This document shows positions 1 through 8,628 of a stretch of DNA of 64,000 nt, in pieces (positions within the stretch are counted from its first letter, which is position 1; each line of letters begins with the position of its first letter). The notes beneath the pieces are model-generated. The model was not told the DNA's origin and did not search any database. It saw only the letters and a program-made list of their open reading frames with translations. This stretch comes from Phycisphaerales bacterium (GTDB lineage Bacteria; Planctomycetota; Phycisphaerae; Sedimentisphaerales; UBA12454), in contig PLMU01000006.1 of the NCBI GenBank assembly GCA_003142595.1, positions 282,325 to 346,324 of the forward strand, written 5' to 3'. Position numbers and translations under genes: made by a program.

Positions 1-654
1 TTTTATCCCGTCGATATTTTCGAGCCATACTGTAACACTATTTTCAACAGGCGAGTTTGAACGCAAACCATACGAAGCCCTGAGCTGTTCTTCTGTCGGC
101 ATACTCGGATAATATTCATCCGAAGGACCAGTAAAACCAACTCCTGAAGGCGTAAGCGTTACAGGTGTCTGCGAACCGTTATCGTTGGTAATCCAAACTG
201 TAATTGGCGTTTGCTTTGCACGTTCAGTCCTTATGCCGTATAGCGTTCTCAACTGCTCATTGCTCGGCATACTCGAATAGTATTCGCCTTTCGGCCCCAT
301 ATATCCGCCGTCTTCTGCTTTAACTAATGTTACTTGCGTTCTTGAGCCGTTATCATTCGCAACCCAGACAACAACAGATCTTTCTTCGACTACGGTAGTA
401 ATCGGCGGAGAAGCAATAACGACAGGTTGAGTTACAATTACCTCTCGCGGCGGGTAAACGTACACTGGTTCTACCAATGGCGGAGCAATTAAAACTCCGA
501 TGTCAATTCCCCAATGAAAGCCGCCGCCGTGATGATAACCACCATGTCCCCATCCAGGACCGCCGCCGTGAGGTCCGCCCCACGCCAGCGTATTATCGGC
601 AACTGCCAGTAATGTTATACCTGCTAACGCAGTCAATATTATTTTCTTTGTCAT
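1..654 (-). CDS. Secreted Gly/His-rich repeat protein, N-terminal part only (gene runs off the left window edge)
   Basis: Absent from the ORF track because it has no stop inside the window. Manual reverse-complement translation from ATG at 654 stays open for all 218 codons to position 1: MTKKIILTALAGITLLAVADNTLAWGGPHGGGPGWGHGGYHHGGGFHWG... It has a signal-peptide-like N-terminus and a Gly/His-rich stretch. Then come 56-57-aa repeats (VWVANDNGSRTQVTL..EYYSSMPSNEQLRTLYGIR / VWITNDNGSQTPVTL..EYYPSMPTEEQLRASYGLR / VWLENIDG..). Confidence 0.6.
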   Translation of the reverse strand, partial: MTKKIILTALAGITLLAVADNTLAWGGPHGGGPGWGHGGYHHGGGFHWGIDIGVLIAPPLVEPVYVYPPREVIVTQPVVIASPPITTVVEERSVVVWVANDNGSRTQVTLVKAEDGGYMGPKGEYYSSMPSNEQLRTLYGIRTERAKQTPITVWITNDNGSQTPVTLTPSGVGFTGPSDEYYPSMPTEEQLRASYGLRSNSPVENSVTVWLENIDGIK

Positions 655-691
655 TTGAATGCTCCTTATTTGCTGTTATTTTTTTATCTTT

Positions 692-943
692 TTAAAATCC
701 GATAATTACAAACGGGCCAATTATTATTCCCACGCGAGGCGGGCAAACTACAACCGGCTCTCTGCATGGACGTCTCTCAACGACAACTATTTCGCGCCGA
801 TGAAAATCACGATGATAATCGCGGCCAAAATCACGATGACCCCAATCGCCTCGACGACCGTCGAACGCAAATGCGTTACCCGCAGACGCAAATAACATAC
901 CCGTTGCCAAAACAATCATAATCAGTATCTTTTTCATGACCAT
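692..943 (-). CDS. Small secreted His/Arg/Asp-rich protein (hypothetical)
   Basis: 83-aa ORF. It has an N-terminal signal-like segment MVMKKILIMIVLATGMLFASAGNAFA, then DWGHRDFGRDYHRDFHRRE. It is co-oriented with and adjacent to the His-rich protein at 1..654. Confidence 0.5.
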   Translation of the reverse strand: MVMKKILIMIVLATGMLFASAGNAFAFDGRRGDWGHRDFGRDYHRDFHRREIVVVERRPCREPVVVCPPRVGIIIGPFVIIGF

Positions 944-1050
944 ACTCCTTTCATTCCATAGCCTTTTTATTTACTTTCAAGTTTGTCTGTAATAATAGTG
1001 GCTCCTCTGCGTGAAAGGTAACAGTCAATCTGGAAATCGAAGAAATGCCT

Positions 1051-1275
1051 TTATGCTGTTTTATTTGACGAGTTTTTGAACTCTTCAATAAGCAATTTAG
1101 TATATTTGCCCGGTTTTCCGTCTGCGATTTGTATTTCGTTAAATTTCACTACCGGCACAATATCTTTGCTCGAAACCGCTATAAAAAGCTCGTCCGCACC
1201 AGCCGCACTTTCAGCCTTTATTGTGTTGTTTTTCTTCAACACAACGCCCGGTCTTCGGCGCAAGTTGATTGCCAA
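1051..1275 (-). pseudogene. Orphan C-terminal fragment of a class IV aminotransferase (duplicate of the 3' end of the gene at 3809..4642)
   Basis: The 74-aa ORF ...GADELFIAVSSKDIVPVVKFNEIQIADGKPGKYTKLLIEEF aligns with the last ~70 aa of the 277-aa protein (..KADELFIAVSSKDIVPVVKFNEITISGGKPGKYTKLLMSEF). Nucleotide similarity is visible over about 1091-1197 versus 3843-3949. The catalytic N-terminal two-thirds is missing. Confidence 0.65.
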
Positions 1276-1302
1276 TCGCCGTGTGATTTGCCGGCCGACA
1301 AC

Positions 1303-3468
1303 TTAGAAACGGCTGGTGAGTCTCAACATCACCTGATTAGCGTGGTACCCGTCATCTCTCCATTCATGGTCGTAAACAGCTTCGAGCGACCAATTTGTAG
1401 CGCTACACGAGCACGAGAGGAGTGAGAGGCCCCCGCCGACATTGTACGTATCGTCAGCCACCCTTAGCCCTGACGTTTTAAACGACGACGAGCCTGGGGC
1501 CGTGTAGTGCGTAGTCTGTGACACAAATGGATTGGATAACTCATGGAACCAGTTGAAGTGTACCTCAGGAACATATGTTATTTTACGAGAGGTGAAGTAA
1601 CGCTCCACTTTCACTCCCAGGCCAGACTCGAGGAAATCGTAGCCCTGGGACTTTGCCTTCAGATTGACATCACCAGCGCCACTTTCCTTGTAGCCGCTTA
1701 GATGCATTCTGGTGTACTGGAGTGAAGCAAGCGGTGTGATCGTGAATTTCTTAGCGTAAAAGTGATACCCGGTGCTCGCAAAAAGGGTGTAATCCTGTCC
1801 GTTATATTGGGCATCCGCCTTACGGTTTACACCGGTATACTGAATGTGCCGCATGCTTGAATAATTATTCCAGCCTATTGACGCATTGCCGTTGACGAAC
1901 CAGTTTCCACGCTCATGACCGATGTAGGCCATTAATTGATAGGTATCAAAATCGGTGCTGGCGTCGAACTTCTTTCCATTTATTGTGGTTCGTGCATAGC
2001 CTAATCCCACGCCCACGCGTGTGTTCTCACTAATAGGCCTGTCGTAAGCGACCATAGTGCCCATAGTTCTGGTGGTATATCCCGTGGAGTTTTCCCGGGC
2101 ATTTTGATGGCCTTCATATTCGAAGCCTTTCGCCCACCAACCGCTGCGAGGTTTGCTGTCTCGACAGTCCTGGTTTTCATTGGGTTCGCTGACCTGGCCG
2201 CATCTCTCCAGGCGAGACGACCAAAGATTATCAAAACGTCGGATTCCCTGGAATGTCACCTGAGGCGCAGCCAGAGACGGAGTCGAGGGGGCAAGCTGAC
2301 TTTCCGCATCGTTGATCGCGGAGGTGGAGGTGAGATTATTGACCGCATTTCTTACTACGTCGAGATCAGGGGACGACGGAGCGGTATCTAAGACCGACCC
2401 TACCGGATTTGACGCTGACGTCACCGGTGTACCGGCCATTTTTATTGTTACCTTACCATCACCTGCGGTGCCGGCGAGAGGATCGGGTGAGAACGTGTAA
2501 AGCGGATTGGTGGGATCTGTCACCGTGACAACACTTACACCGCCGCTTGTACCATCGATGATATTGAACGGGGTTCCAACCGGGATGTAAGTCGTCCCAG
2601 GAACAGTTACGTTGATATTGAGTGTTGGTCCAATGGTGAGGGCTCCCTGCGGAACGATGTGGCCGTAGACCGACGAGCTGGCTATGGTCGTATCGATCAC
2701 CCCGGCGTCGTGGATCGTTAGGGCACCGGTGGCAGCGCCGCCAACAGGGCCGATATTCAATATATTTGTCCCAAGAGAAATTGAATAGGTGTCCACTGCG
2801 CCGGTGATTCTTGCGCTCACTCCAGCAGTATTATCTCCCCCGATGACATTGATGACCTTAAGCCCAGTCGCACCGCCAACTGCGCCATCCAGGATACTTC
2901 CACTACCAAGCTCCAACGTACCCTTTTGCGCCGCGTAGGTCGTCAGAGCGCCTATGACTGTCGTATTCGGATTAAGACTGATCGTGCCGTCACCAGTAAA
3001 ATTCATAGCTAAGGTGTTATTGCCAATCGAGCCACTTTTGAAGTTCACCACTGTACCGGTTCCGACGCTCAAGTTCCCCGTGTACAAATTGACCGGTCCA
3101 AGAAAACTCAACGTAGTGCCATCGTTCGCTGTAATGCTGTTAAGCGCAAGTGATCCTGATGTGTTACCTATGGCTCCATACACAGTCGAGCTGCCTTTAA
3201 AAACAAGCTTACCCTGAGCGTTGGCTGTGGTTGAAACAGCAAGCTGAGAATAATCACCGTTAGCTGTATAGATATCTACCGTATCGGTGACTACAGCCCC
3301 AATGTTTAAGTAAAATGTATTATTTCCAAAGTTTAAAATGATATTTTGCGCCGAACTTGCCGCCGCAAACGTCTGGTTGTCGGTAGTGTATATCATAGTA
3401 GCAAAACTCGGCGTGCACCAAACTGCGATAACAGCAACGAAAACCAAGAGAAAAAGTGTTCGCTTCAT
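1303..3468 (-). CDS. Autotransporter (type Va) outer-membrane protein with a Gly/Thr/Asn-rich passenger
   Basis: 721 aa. Signal peptide MKRTLFLLVFVAVIAVWCTPSFA. The passenger is repetitive and rich in G/T/N/V/L (beta-helix-like). The C-terminal ~270 aa has alternating aromatic/hydrophilic beta-strand patterns and ends ..VMLRLTSRF with a terminal Phe, typical of an autotransporter beta-barrel. Confidence 0.8.
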   Translation of the reverse strand: MKRTLFLLVFVAVIAVWCTPSFATMIYTTDNQTFAAASSAQNIILNFGNNTFYLNIGAVVTDTVDIYTANGDYSQLAVSTTANAQGKLVFKGSSTVYGAIGNTSGSLALNSITANDGTTLSFLGPVNLYTGNLSVGTGTVVNFKSGSIGNNTLAMNFTGDGTISLNPNTTVIGALTTYAAQKGTLELGSGSILDGAVGGATGLKVINVIGGDNTAGVSARITGAVDTYSISLGTNILNIGPVGGAATGALTIHDAGVIDTTIASSSVYGHIVPQGALTIGPTLNINVTVPGTTYIPVGTPFNIIDGTSGGVSVVTVTDPTNPLYTFSPDPLAGTAGDGKVTIKMAGTPVTSASNPVGSVLDTAPSSPDLDVVRNAVNNLTSTSAINDAESQLAPSTPSLAAPQVTFQGIRRFDNLWSSRLERCGQVSEPNENQDCRDSKPRSGWWAKGFEYEGHQNARENSTGYTTRTMGTMVAYDRPISENTRVGVGLGYARTTINGKKFDASTDFDTYQLMAYIGHERGNWFVNGNASIGWNNYSSMRHIQYTGVNRKADAQYNGQDYTLFASTGYHFYAKKFTITPLASLQYTRMHLSGYKESGAGDVNLKAKSQGYDFLESGLGVKVERYFTSRKITYVPEVHFNWFHELSNPFVSQTTHYTAPGSSSFKTSGLRVADDTYNVGGGLSLLSCSCSATNWSLEAVYDHEWRDDGYHANQVMLRLTSRF

Positions 3469-3716
3469 ATGAAATCTCCTTATAACTAAAATTGTTATGT
3501 ATTTAAAATTTTCTTACCATGAGAAAACCCATATCAATTTCAATGGAGCGAGGTGCTAAACAAATGGTGGGCACTCAATAATCTAATATGCAGAATAATA
3601 ATATGCAAGCATGTTTTCGTTACATTATTTTAAAAAAATTAGCAAATATTCTGCACCGCGGATATTCTTTCTTCTCTGCTTCAAGTTCTTCTCTCTTTTC
3701 TTATCTTTGCCGTGAA

Positions 3717-3752
3717 AAAATGTGTAAAATGTGCAAAATGCGTAAAATGCGG
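3717..3752. repeat. Four tandem 9-bp units AAAATGYGN
   Basis: aaaatgtgt aaaatgtgc aaaatgcgt aaaatgcgg, read directly. It lies about 250 bp upstream of the autotransporter start codon (3468, minus strand). Confidence 0.8.
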
Positions 3753-3808
3753 TTGTTTTTTATGCCAGAACCTGTCCGCCGTAGTCCCTTAGGGACGAAG
3801 GTAGATGG

Positions 3809-4642
3809 CTATTTTTTCACTAATTTCGCAAATTCACTCATCAGCAATTTTGTATATTTGCCTGGCTTTCCGCCTGAAATCGTTATTTCGTTGAATTTAA
3901 CCACCGGCACAATATCTTTGCTCGAAACAGCGATAAAAAGCTCGTCTGCTTTTGTCGCATCTTCAACCCTGGTCTGCTTTTCCAGAAGGTTCAGACCGGC
4001 GTTTTTATAAATCTTCAGAACGAATTGGCGAGTTATTGAAGGCAGAATATTTGCCGCCAGCGGCGATGTTTGCAGATTATTGCCAAAAATCAGGAAAAAC
4101 GCGCTCGACGACCCTTCCGTTATTCCACCTTTATCATCGACAAATATCGCTTCATCGCAGCCTCGTTTATGCGCCAATCGTTTAGCAAGTACATTCGGCA
4201 AAAGATTCAGTGATTTGATATCGCATCGTTTCCATCTGGTATCCGGAACGGTCATTGCCGTGATGCCATTTTGTTTTTGTTTGGTTGCATCTTCCGCCTC
4301 GCTTACTAAAAGGAAAAATCTCGGCGTAAGACCTTCTGCGGCGTGGTCTCTTGGGCCGGCCCCTCTTGTAATATGAAAATAAATCTTGGCGTTTGCATAT
4401 CCGCTTTTTTGCCAGGCCATAATAACCTTTTCGCGGATATCGTTTATGTTTATGCCTTCGATTTCAATTTCTGCCAGAGACCTTTTGAATCTTGCAAGAT
4501 GTTCTTCGAGCGCAAAGAGTTTGCCATCATAACTTCGCAAAACCTCATAAACGCCATCGCCGAAAAATGTCCCGTAGTCAAGATACGCCGAATCGAGTTT
4601 ACTCGCCTCGATGAGTTTGTCGCCAACTATTGCAAGCTGCAT
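3809..4642 (-). CDS. Class IV (fold type IV) PLP aminotransferase, D-amino-acid / branched-chain aminotransferase-like
   Basis: 277 aa. N-terminal FGDGVYEVLRSYDGKLFALEEHLARFKRSL resembles the D-alanine aminotransferase/BCAT/PabC family signature region. Length is typical for the family. Confidence 0.8.
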   Translation of the reverse strand: MQLAIVGDKLIEASKLDSAYLDYGTFFGDGVYEVLRSYDGKLFALEEHLARFKRSLAEIEIEGININDIREKVIMAWQKSGYANAKIYFHITRGAGPRDHAAEGLTPRFFLLVSEAEDATKQKQNGITAMTVPDTRWKRCDIKSLNLLPNVLAKRLAHKRGCDEAIFVDDKGGITEGSSSAFFLIFGNNLQTSPLAANILPSITRQFVLKIYKNAGLNLLEKQTRVEDATKADELFIAVSSKDIVPVVKFNEITISGGKPGKYTKLLMSEFAKLVKK

Positions 4643-4666
4643 TATTAAAATTCCTTTAAAAAAATT

Positions 4667-4966
4667 TCAAAGAAGCTTATCGTCTTCGTTTTCGTCCTTT
4701 TCGGGTTCGTCGACTTTCCATTTGTCGCTTTCGTCGATATCGCCCATTTCCCGTTCCATATACTTAAAAATCTTGTCCTGCAGCGGAGCTATCTTTTCCT
4801 GCCATTGCTGCATACTCCGGTAGGTTACAAGGAGCATGTCCAGCCGGATTAGCTGCCATTTTGCGATGCATTCCGGCTCTTTGATATTGATAAACGGGTC
4901 GCATTTGAAGACTCTGCGGTTGTCAACGCCCATTTCGCAGAATTCACAGTCTTTGCATTGTATCAT
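4667..4966 (-). CDS. Hypothetical small protein with an N-terminal Cys cluster and an acidic C-terminal tail
   Basis: 99-aa ORF. It starts MIQCKDCEFCE...KCDP...PEC and ends in an acidic tail DESDKWKVDEPEKDENEDDKLL. I recognise no family. Confidence 0.45.
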   Translation of the reverse strand: MIQCKDCEFCEMGVDNRRVFKCDPFINIKEPECIAKWQLIRLDMLLVTYRSMQQWQEKIAPLQDKIFKYMEREMGDIDESDKWKVDEPEKDENEDDKLL

Positions 4967-5088
4967 TTATGCACCTGAAAAAATTATAATTTAAGCAAGG
5001 CAACTCTTGCAAATTTCTATAATAACATATATCTTATCCTTTTGAAAGTTCTTAGAAAAGCTAAAAAAATATCTTATGGAGTGAAATA

Positions 5089-5166
5089 ATGGCTAAACCA
5101 AGACGCAGGCGAAAGATTGGCAGTAAGAAAAGGCATAACCGCTGGAAAATCAGGCATCGCAAGTAA
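5089..5166 (+). CDS. Candidate 25-aa Arg/Lys-rich micro-protein (MAKPRRRRKIGSKKRHNRWKIRHRK)
   Basis: Below the ORF-track size cutoff. ATG at 5089 is preceded by GGAG (5078-5081) with a 7-nt spacing. 15 of 25 residues are Arg, Lys or His. Composition resembles bS22/Thx-type tiny ribosome-associated peptides, but no alignment was made. Confidence 0.3.
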   Translation: MAKPRRRRKIGSKKRHNRWKIRHRK

Positions 5167-5178
5167 CAGCTGGTGTAG

Positions 5179-5208
5179 TCCTGAGTCCCGGCTTTTCGGG
5201 ATTCAGGA
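5179..5208. other. 12-bp-stem hairpin between the small ORF (+) and fabF (-)
   Basis: tcctgagtcccg-gctttt-cgggattcagga has 11 Watson-Crick pairs plus one G-T pair. It lies 13 nt after the small-ORF stop and about 80 nt after the fabF stop. Neither strand has a U-run, so it is not a canonical intrinsic terminator. Confidence 0.4.
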
Positions 5209-5290
5209 CGATACAGGCCGGCAGGTAGATAGAGGTTCGCCGCAAAGCGAATCGTGATTTGTATTTTGTCTGCTGAATCGAGTTGTTTGT

Positions 5291-6538
5291 TTATACTCTG
5301 CCGACAACGAGGCATGCGTTATGGCCGCCAAAACCGAATGAATTGCTCGCAGCGTAGTTTATTTTTCTCTCTTTGGCTTTATTAGGCACAAAATCCAGTT
5401 TGGGGTCGCATTTGGGGTCAACGTTATCAAGATTTATCGTTGGATGAATTATTGACTTTTCTATCATTTTACAGGTTGCCACAAGTTCGATAGCGCCGCT
5501 TGCGCCCAGCGAATGGCCTATCATGCTTTTCGTCGAGCTGATTGACATTTTATAAGCATGCTCTCCGAAAACTTTCTTTATCGCCAATGACTCCGCGATA
5601 TCGTTAAGCTCTGTGCTTGTGCCATGGGCATTAATATAATCGAATTTTTCCTTCGCGATGCCTGACTGCTTTACTGCAATTTCTATGGCTCTTGCAGCGC
5701 CTTCGCCATCAGGTGGTGGTGCGGTAATATGGTGAGCGTCAGCTGTCGCGCCGTAGCCGAGCATCTCGGCATAGATTTTCGCGCCGCGTTTTTTCGCGTG
5801 CTCATATTCTTCAAGAACAATAGCCGCCGCGCCTTCGGCCATTACAAAGCCGTCACGGTCGATGTCGAAAGGCCTTGAAGCCTTTTGCGGAGCATCGTTT
5901 CGGGTACTGAGAGACCTTAAGGCGCAAAATGAACTCAAGCCTACCGGCGAAACTGCCGCTTCCGAACCGCCGGTAATCATAATATCGCTGCGGTCGTTGA
6001 GGATATTAAAGAACGCTTCTCCAATCGAATTAGAAGCAGAAGCGCAAGCGGTTACAACACAAAAATTCGGGCCTTTAAGACCATACATCATTGAAATCGT
6101 TCCGCAGGCGGCGTTGCCCATAAGTTTGGGAACTGTAAAAGGTGAAACTGCGCGAGGGCCTTTGTTCAGAAGCCGGATGTGCTGCTGTTCGATTTCCTGG
6201 ATACCGCCGATGCCGCTTCCATAAATAGAGCCGCAACGTTCAAGGTTTTCCTTTGGAAAATCTATTCCGCAGTCTTTGACTGCCTGCACCGCAGAAGCCA
6301 CCGCAAGCTGGCAGAAACGGTCCATTCGTTTGCCTTCGCGATGGTCAACAAATTTGTCAATGTCGAAGTTTTTTACTTCTCCGGCAAACCTGACCGGGTA
6401 TTGCGAAACATCGAAACTTGTTATGTTTGCAACTCCGCTCTGTCCCTTGCAGATTGCATCAAAGAAGACATCGACTGAGTCTCCCAGGGGTGTAGCACAG
6501 CCCAGGCCTGTTATGACTACTCGCCGTTTGTTCATCAT
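5291..6538 (-). CDS. fabF: 3-oxoacyl-ACP synthase II
   Basis: 415 aa. KAS II hallmarks: active-site Cys context VVTACASASNSIGEA, HGTSTELND, and GHSLGASGAIE...NSFGFGGHNACLV at the C-terminus. It sits downstream of acpP. Confidence 0.95.
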   Translation of the reverse strand: MMNKRRVVITGLGCATPLGDSVDVFFDAICKGQSGVANITSFDVSQYPVRFAGEVKNFDIDKFVDHREGKRMDRFCQLAVASAVQAVKDCGIDFPKENLERCGSIYGSGIGGIQEIEQQHIRLLNKGPRAVSPFTVPKLMGNAACGTISMMYGLKGPNFCVVTACASASNSIGEAFFNILNDRSDIMITGGSEAAVSPVGLSSFCALRSLSTRNDAPQKASRPFDIDRDGFVMAEGAAAIVLEEYEHAKKRGAKIYAEMLGYGATADAHHITAPPPDGEGAARAIEIAVKQSGIAKEKFDYINAHGTSTELNDIAESLAIKKVFGEHAYKMSISSTKSMIGHSLGASGAIELVATCKMIEKSIIHPTINLDNVDPKCDPKLDFVPNKAKERKINYAASNSFGFGGHNACLVVGRV

Positions 6539-6550
6539 AACAACCTGTTA

Positions 6551-6814
6551 TCAGCCCTGCTCTTTTTGCTTCAGTACAGTTACGATGTAGTCGATAGCCG
6601 CGCCGACGGTCTGAATCTTTTCAGCCTCTTCGTCGGGAATGCTCGTATCGAACTCATCTTCAAATTCCATAACCAGTTCAACGGTGTCCAGCGAATCTGC
6701 GTTGAGGTCGTTAATAAACGATGTTTCACGTTTTATTTCAGACTCTTCTGTACCCATTTGCTCTGCTACAATCTTAATTACCTTCTTTTCAATACTTTGG
6801 ACGTCAATACTCAC
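6551..6814 (-). CDS. acpP: Acyl carrier protein
   Basis: 87 aa. Phosphopantetheine-attachment motif [20 protein letters not shown]. It lies between fabG and fabF. Confidence 0.95.
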   Translation of the reverse strand: MSIDVQSIEKKVIKIVAEQMGTEESEIKRETSFINDLNADSLDTVELVMEFEDEFDTSIPDEEAEKIQTVGAAIDYIVTVLKQKEQG

Positions 6815-6925
6815 TTTTCGTCTCCTTGAAAAAAATAAATCCTAAATTACATTTCATCGCTGCCTGTTGGCTATTAGGGCGGTAATATACCTGCCAAAGG
6901 CGATACTTGCAATCATTTTTTTAAA

Positions 6926-7666
6926 TTACATCGCCATTCCGCCGTCAACCTGTAGCACCTGACCGTTAATATAGCCTGCATCATCACTTGCAAGAAACGC
7001 TACCGCTTTTGCCACATCCTGGGGAGTTCCCAGTTTTTTTGCCGGTATTATGGCAAGGGCCGCTTCTTTAACCTGTTCCGGCAGCGTATTTGTCATATCC
7101 GTAACAATAAATCCCGGCGCCACGCAGTTGGCCGTTATGCCTTTTTTTGCGACTTCCCTGACTATCGACTTTGTCATACCGATAAGTCCTGCCTTGCTCG
7201 CTGCGTAATTTGCACTTCCAGCCTGGCCCATAATTCCCGCGATTGAGCTGATACTAATAATCCTGCCGAATTTATTTCGAATCATCGGACGAAGAACCGC
7301 CCTTGTCGCCATAAAAGCCGCCCGCAGATTCACCGACATCAGGATATCGTATTCATCATCGCTCATCTGCATCATCAGTCTGTCGCGCGTAATTCCCGCG
7401 TTATTTACAAGGATGCCGATTCCATCGTATTGCTTCGACAATTCTTCCATTACTTCGTTGAGCTTGTCGGTCTTGGTGATGTCAACGCATTTTGTAATAA
7501 CGCTGTAGCCCGCTTCAGCGACAACTTTTTCAAGCTCTTTAAGCTGTTCAGCGTTCAAATCGAGTCCCGCGACAATCCTGCCCTGCTTGAGCAGTTCCAA
7601 AACTATCGCTCTGCCGATTCCTCTTGCCGCACCCGTTACAACCGCAAGTCTTTTTTCGTCAGCCAT
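6926..7666 (-). CDS. fabG: 3-oxoacyl-ACP reductase (SDR family)
   Basis: 246 aa. TGAARGIGRA cofactor motif and YAASKAG catalytic motif. The position in the fab cluster fits. Confidence 0.9.
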   Translation of the reverse strand: MADEKRLAVVTGAARGIGRAIVLELLKQGRIVAGLDLNAEQLKELEKVVAEAGYSVITKCVDITKTDKLNEVMEELSKQYDGIGILVNNAGITRDRLMMQMSDDEYDILMSVNLRAAFMATRAVLRPMIRNKFGRIISISSIAGIMGQAGSANYAASKAGLIGMTKSIVREVAKKGITANCVAPGFIVTDMTNTLPEQVKEAALAIIPAKKLGTPQDVAKAVAFLASDDAGYINGQVLQVDGGMAM

Positions 7667-8607
7667 TATTTACCTCCGCTCAATTCATTCAAACCGGCAA
7701 CGCTGCTTATATTCACAACGTTGACCTTTCTGTTAATTCTTCTCATCAGGCCCATAAGAACTTTATTCGGCCCGATTTCATAAAATTTAGTTACGCCGTC
7801 GGCAAGGAGCCGTTCCATACATTTTTGCCAAAGAACCGCGCCGGTCAACTGCCTGACAAGTCCTTCGGATATCTGTTCTTTTGTTTTGTAATATTCGCCG
7901 TCAACATTTGCGATAACAGCAATACTTCCGGGGTTGCCGATTTTGCTCTGGCCAAGTGCTTTTTTTAATTCTTCAGCCGCCGGGGCCATCATTGCCGAAT
8001 GAAACGCCCCTGCCACTTTAAGCTCAATCGCTTTCATTGCTCCGTATTTTTCCGCTAGCGCCAGCGACCTTTTGCAGGCATCTACATCGCCGGTTATAAC
8101 AATCTGGCCCGGACAATTGAAATTAGCGCAGTTCAATAATTGTCCCTGTGCTGCTTCGATGCAAAGTTTTTCAACGGCCGGCTGCTCGAGTCCGATTACG
8201 CTGACCATCGAGCCTTTTGAAGCATCCGCAGCGGCCTGCATCGCCTGACCCCGCTTCTGCACGAGTTTCAATCCGTCTTCGAAACTGATAACACCTGCCG
8301 CATAAAGAGCGGTATATTCGCCAAGGCTCAATCCTGCCATTACATTAGCAGGCTTAATCAACCCCTTTACCTTAAGAACTTCGAGAATCGCGACTGATGT
8401 TACAAAAATCGCAGGTTGAGAAATCGTTGTAGAGTTAAGTTTATCTTCCGGCCCTTCGAAGCAGATTTTCGCAAGGTCATAGCCGACAATTTTATTTGCT
8501 TTATCGAAAAATTGCTTGGCCGCAGGTTCGGCATCGTAAAAATCTTTGCCCATACCAACTACTTGAGCGCCCTGACCCGGAAATATATATGCTATTTTTT
8601 CAGCCAT
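7666..8607 (-). CDS. fabD: Malonyl-CoA:ACP transacylase
   Basis: 313 aa. FPGQGAQ near the N-terminus and the active-site-type motif GLSLGEY. It shares a 1-nt overlap with fabG. Confidence 0.9.
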   Translation of the reverse strand: MAEKIAYIFPGQGAQVVGMGKDFYDAEPAAKQFFDKANKIVGYDLAKICFEGPEDKLNSTTISQPAIFVTSVAILEVLKVKGLIKPANVMAGLSLGEYTALYAAGVISFEDGLKLVQKRGQAMQAAADASKGSMVSVIGLEQPAVEKLCIEAAQGQLLNCANFNCPGQIVITGDVDACKRSLALAEKYGAMKAIELKVAGAFHSAMMAPAAEELKKALGQSKIGNPGSIAVIANVDGEYYKTKEQISEGLVRQLTGAVLWQKCMERLLADGVTKFYEIGPNKVLMGLMRRINRKVNVVNISSVAGLNELSGGK

Positions 8608-8628
8608 CTTCTTCCCTGAAAATATTAA

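Noticed and set aside
477-895. Plus-strand ORFs 477..695 and 659..895
   Set aside because: They are antisense to two minus-strand ORFs that have signal peptides and coherent repeat or His-rich composition. They have no independent support.
1076-3217. Plus-strand ORFs inside or opposite the aminotransferase fragment and the autotransporter (1076..1306, 1129..1425, 2104..2391, 2312..2500, 2954..3217), and minus-strand ORF 2001..2234 in another frame
   Set aside because: They are embedded in or antisense to a 721-aa ORF with a clear signal peptide and autotransporter barrel. They are short and lack motifs.
5061-5315. 84-aa minus-strand ORF downstream of fabF
   Set aside because: It overlaps the fabF 3' end, spans the hairpin and the better-supported plus-strand micro-ORF, has no SD, and translates to low-complexity sequence.
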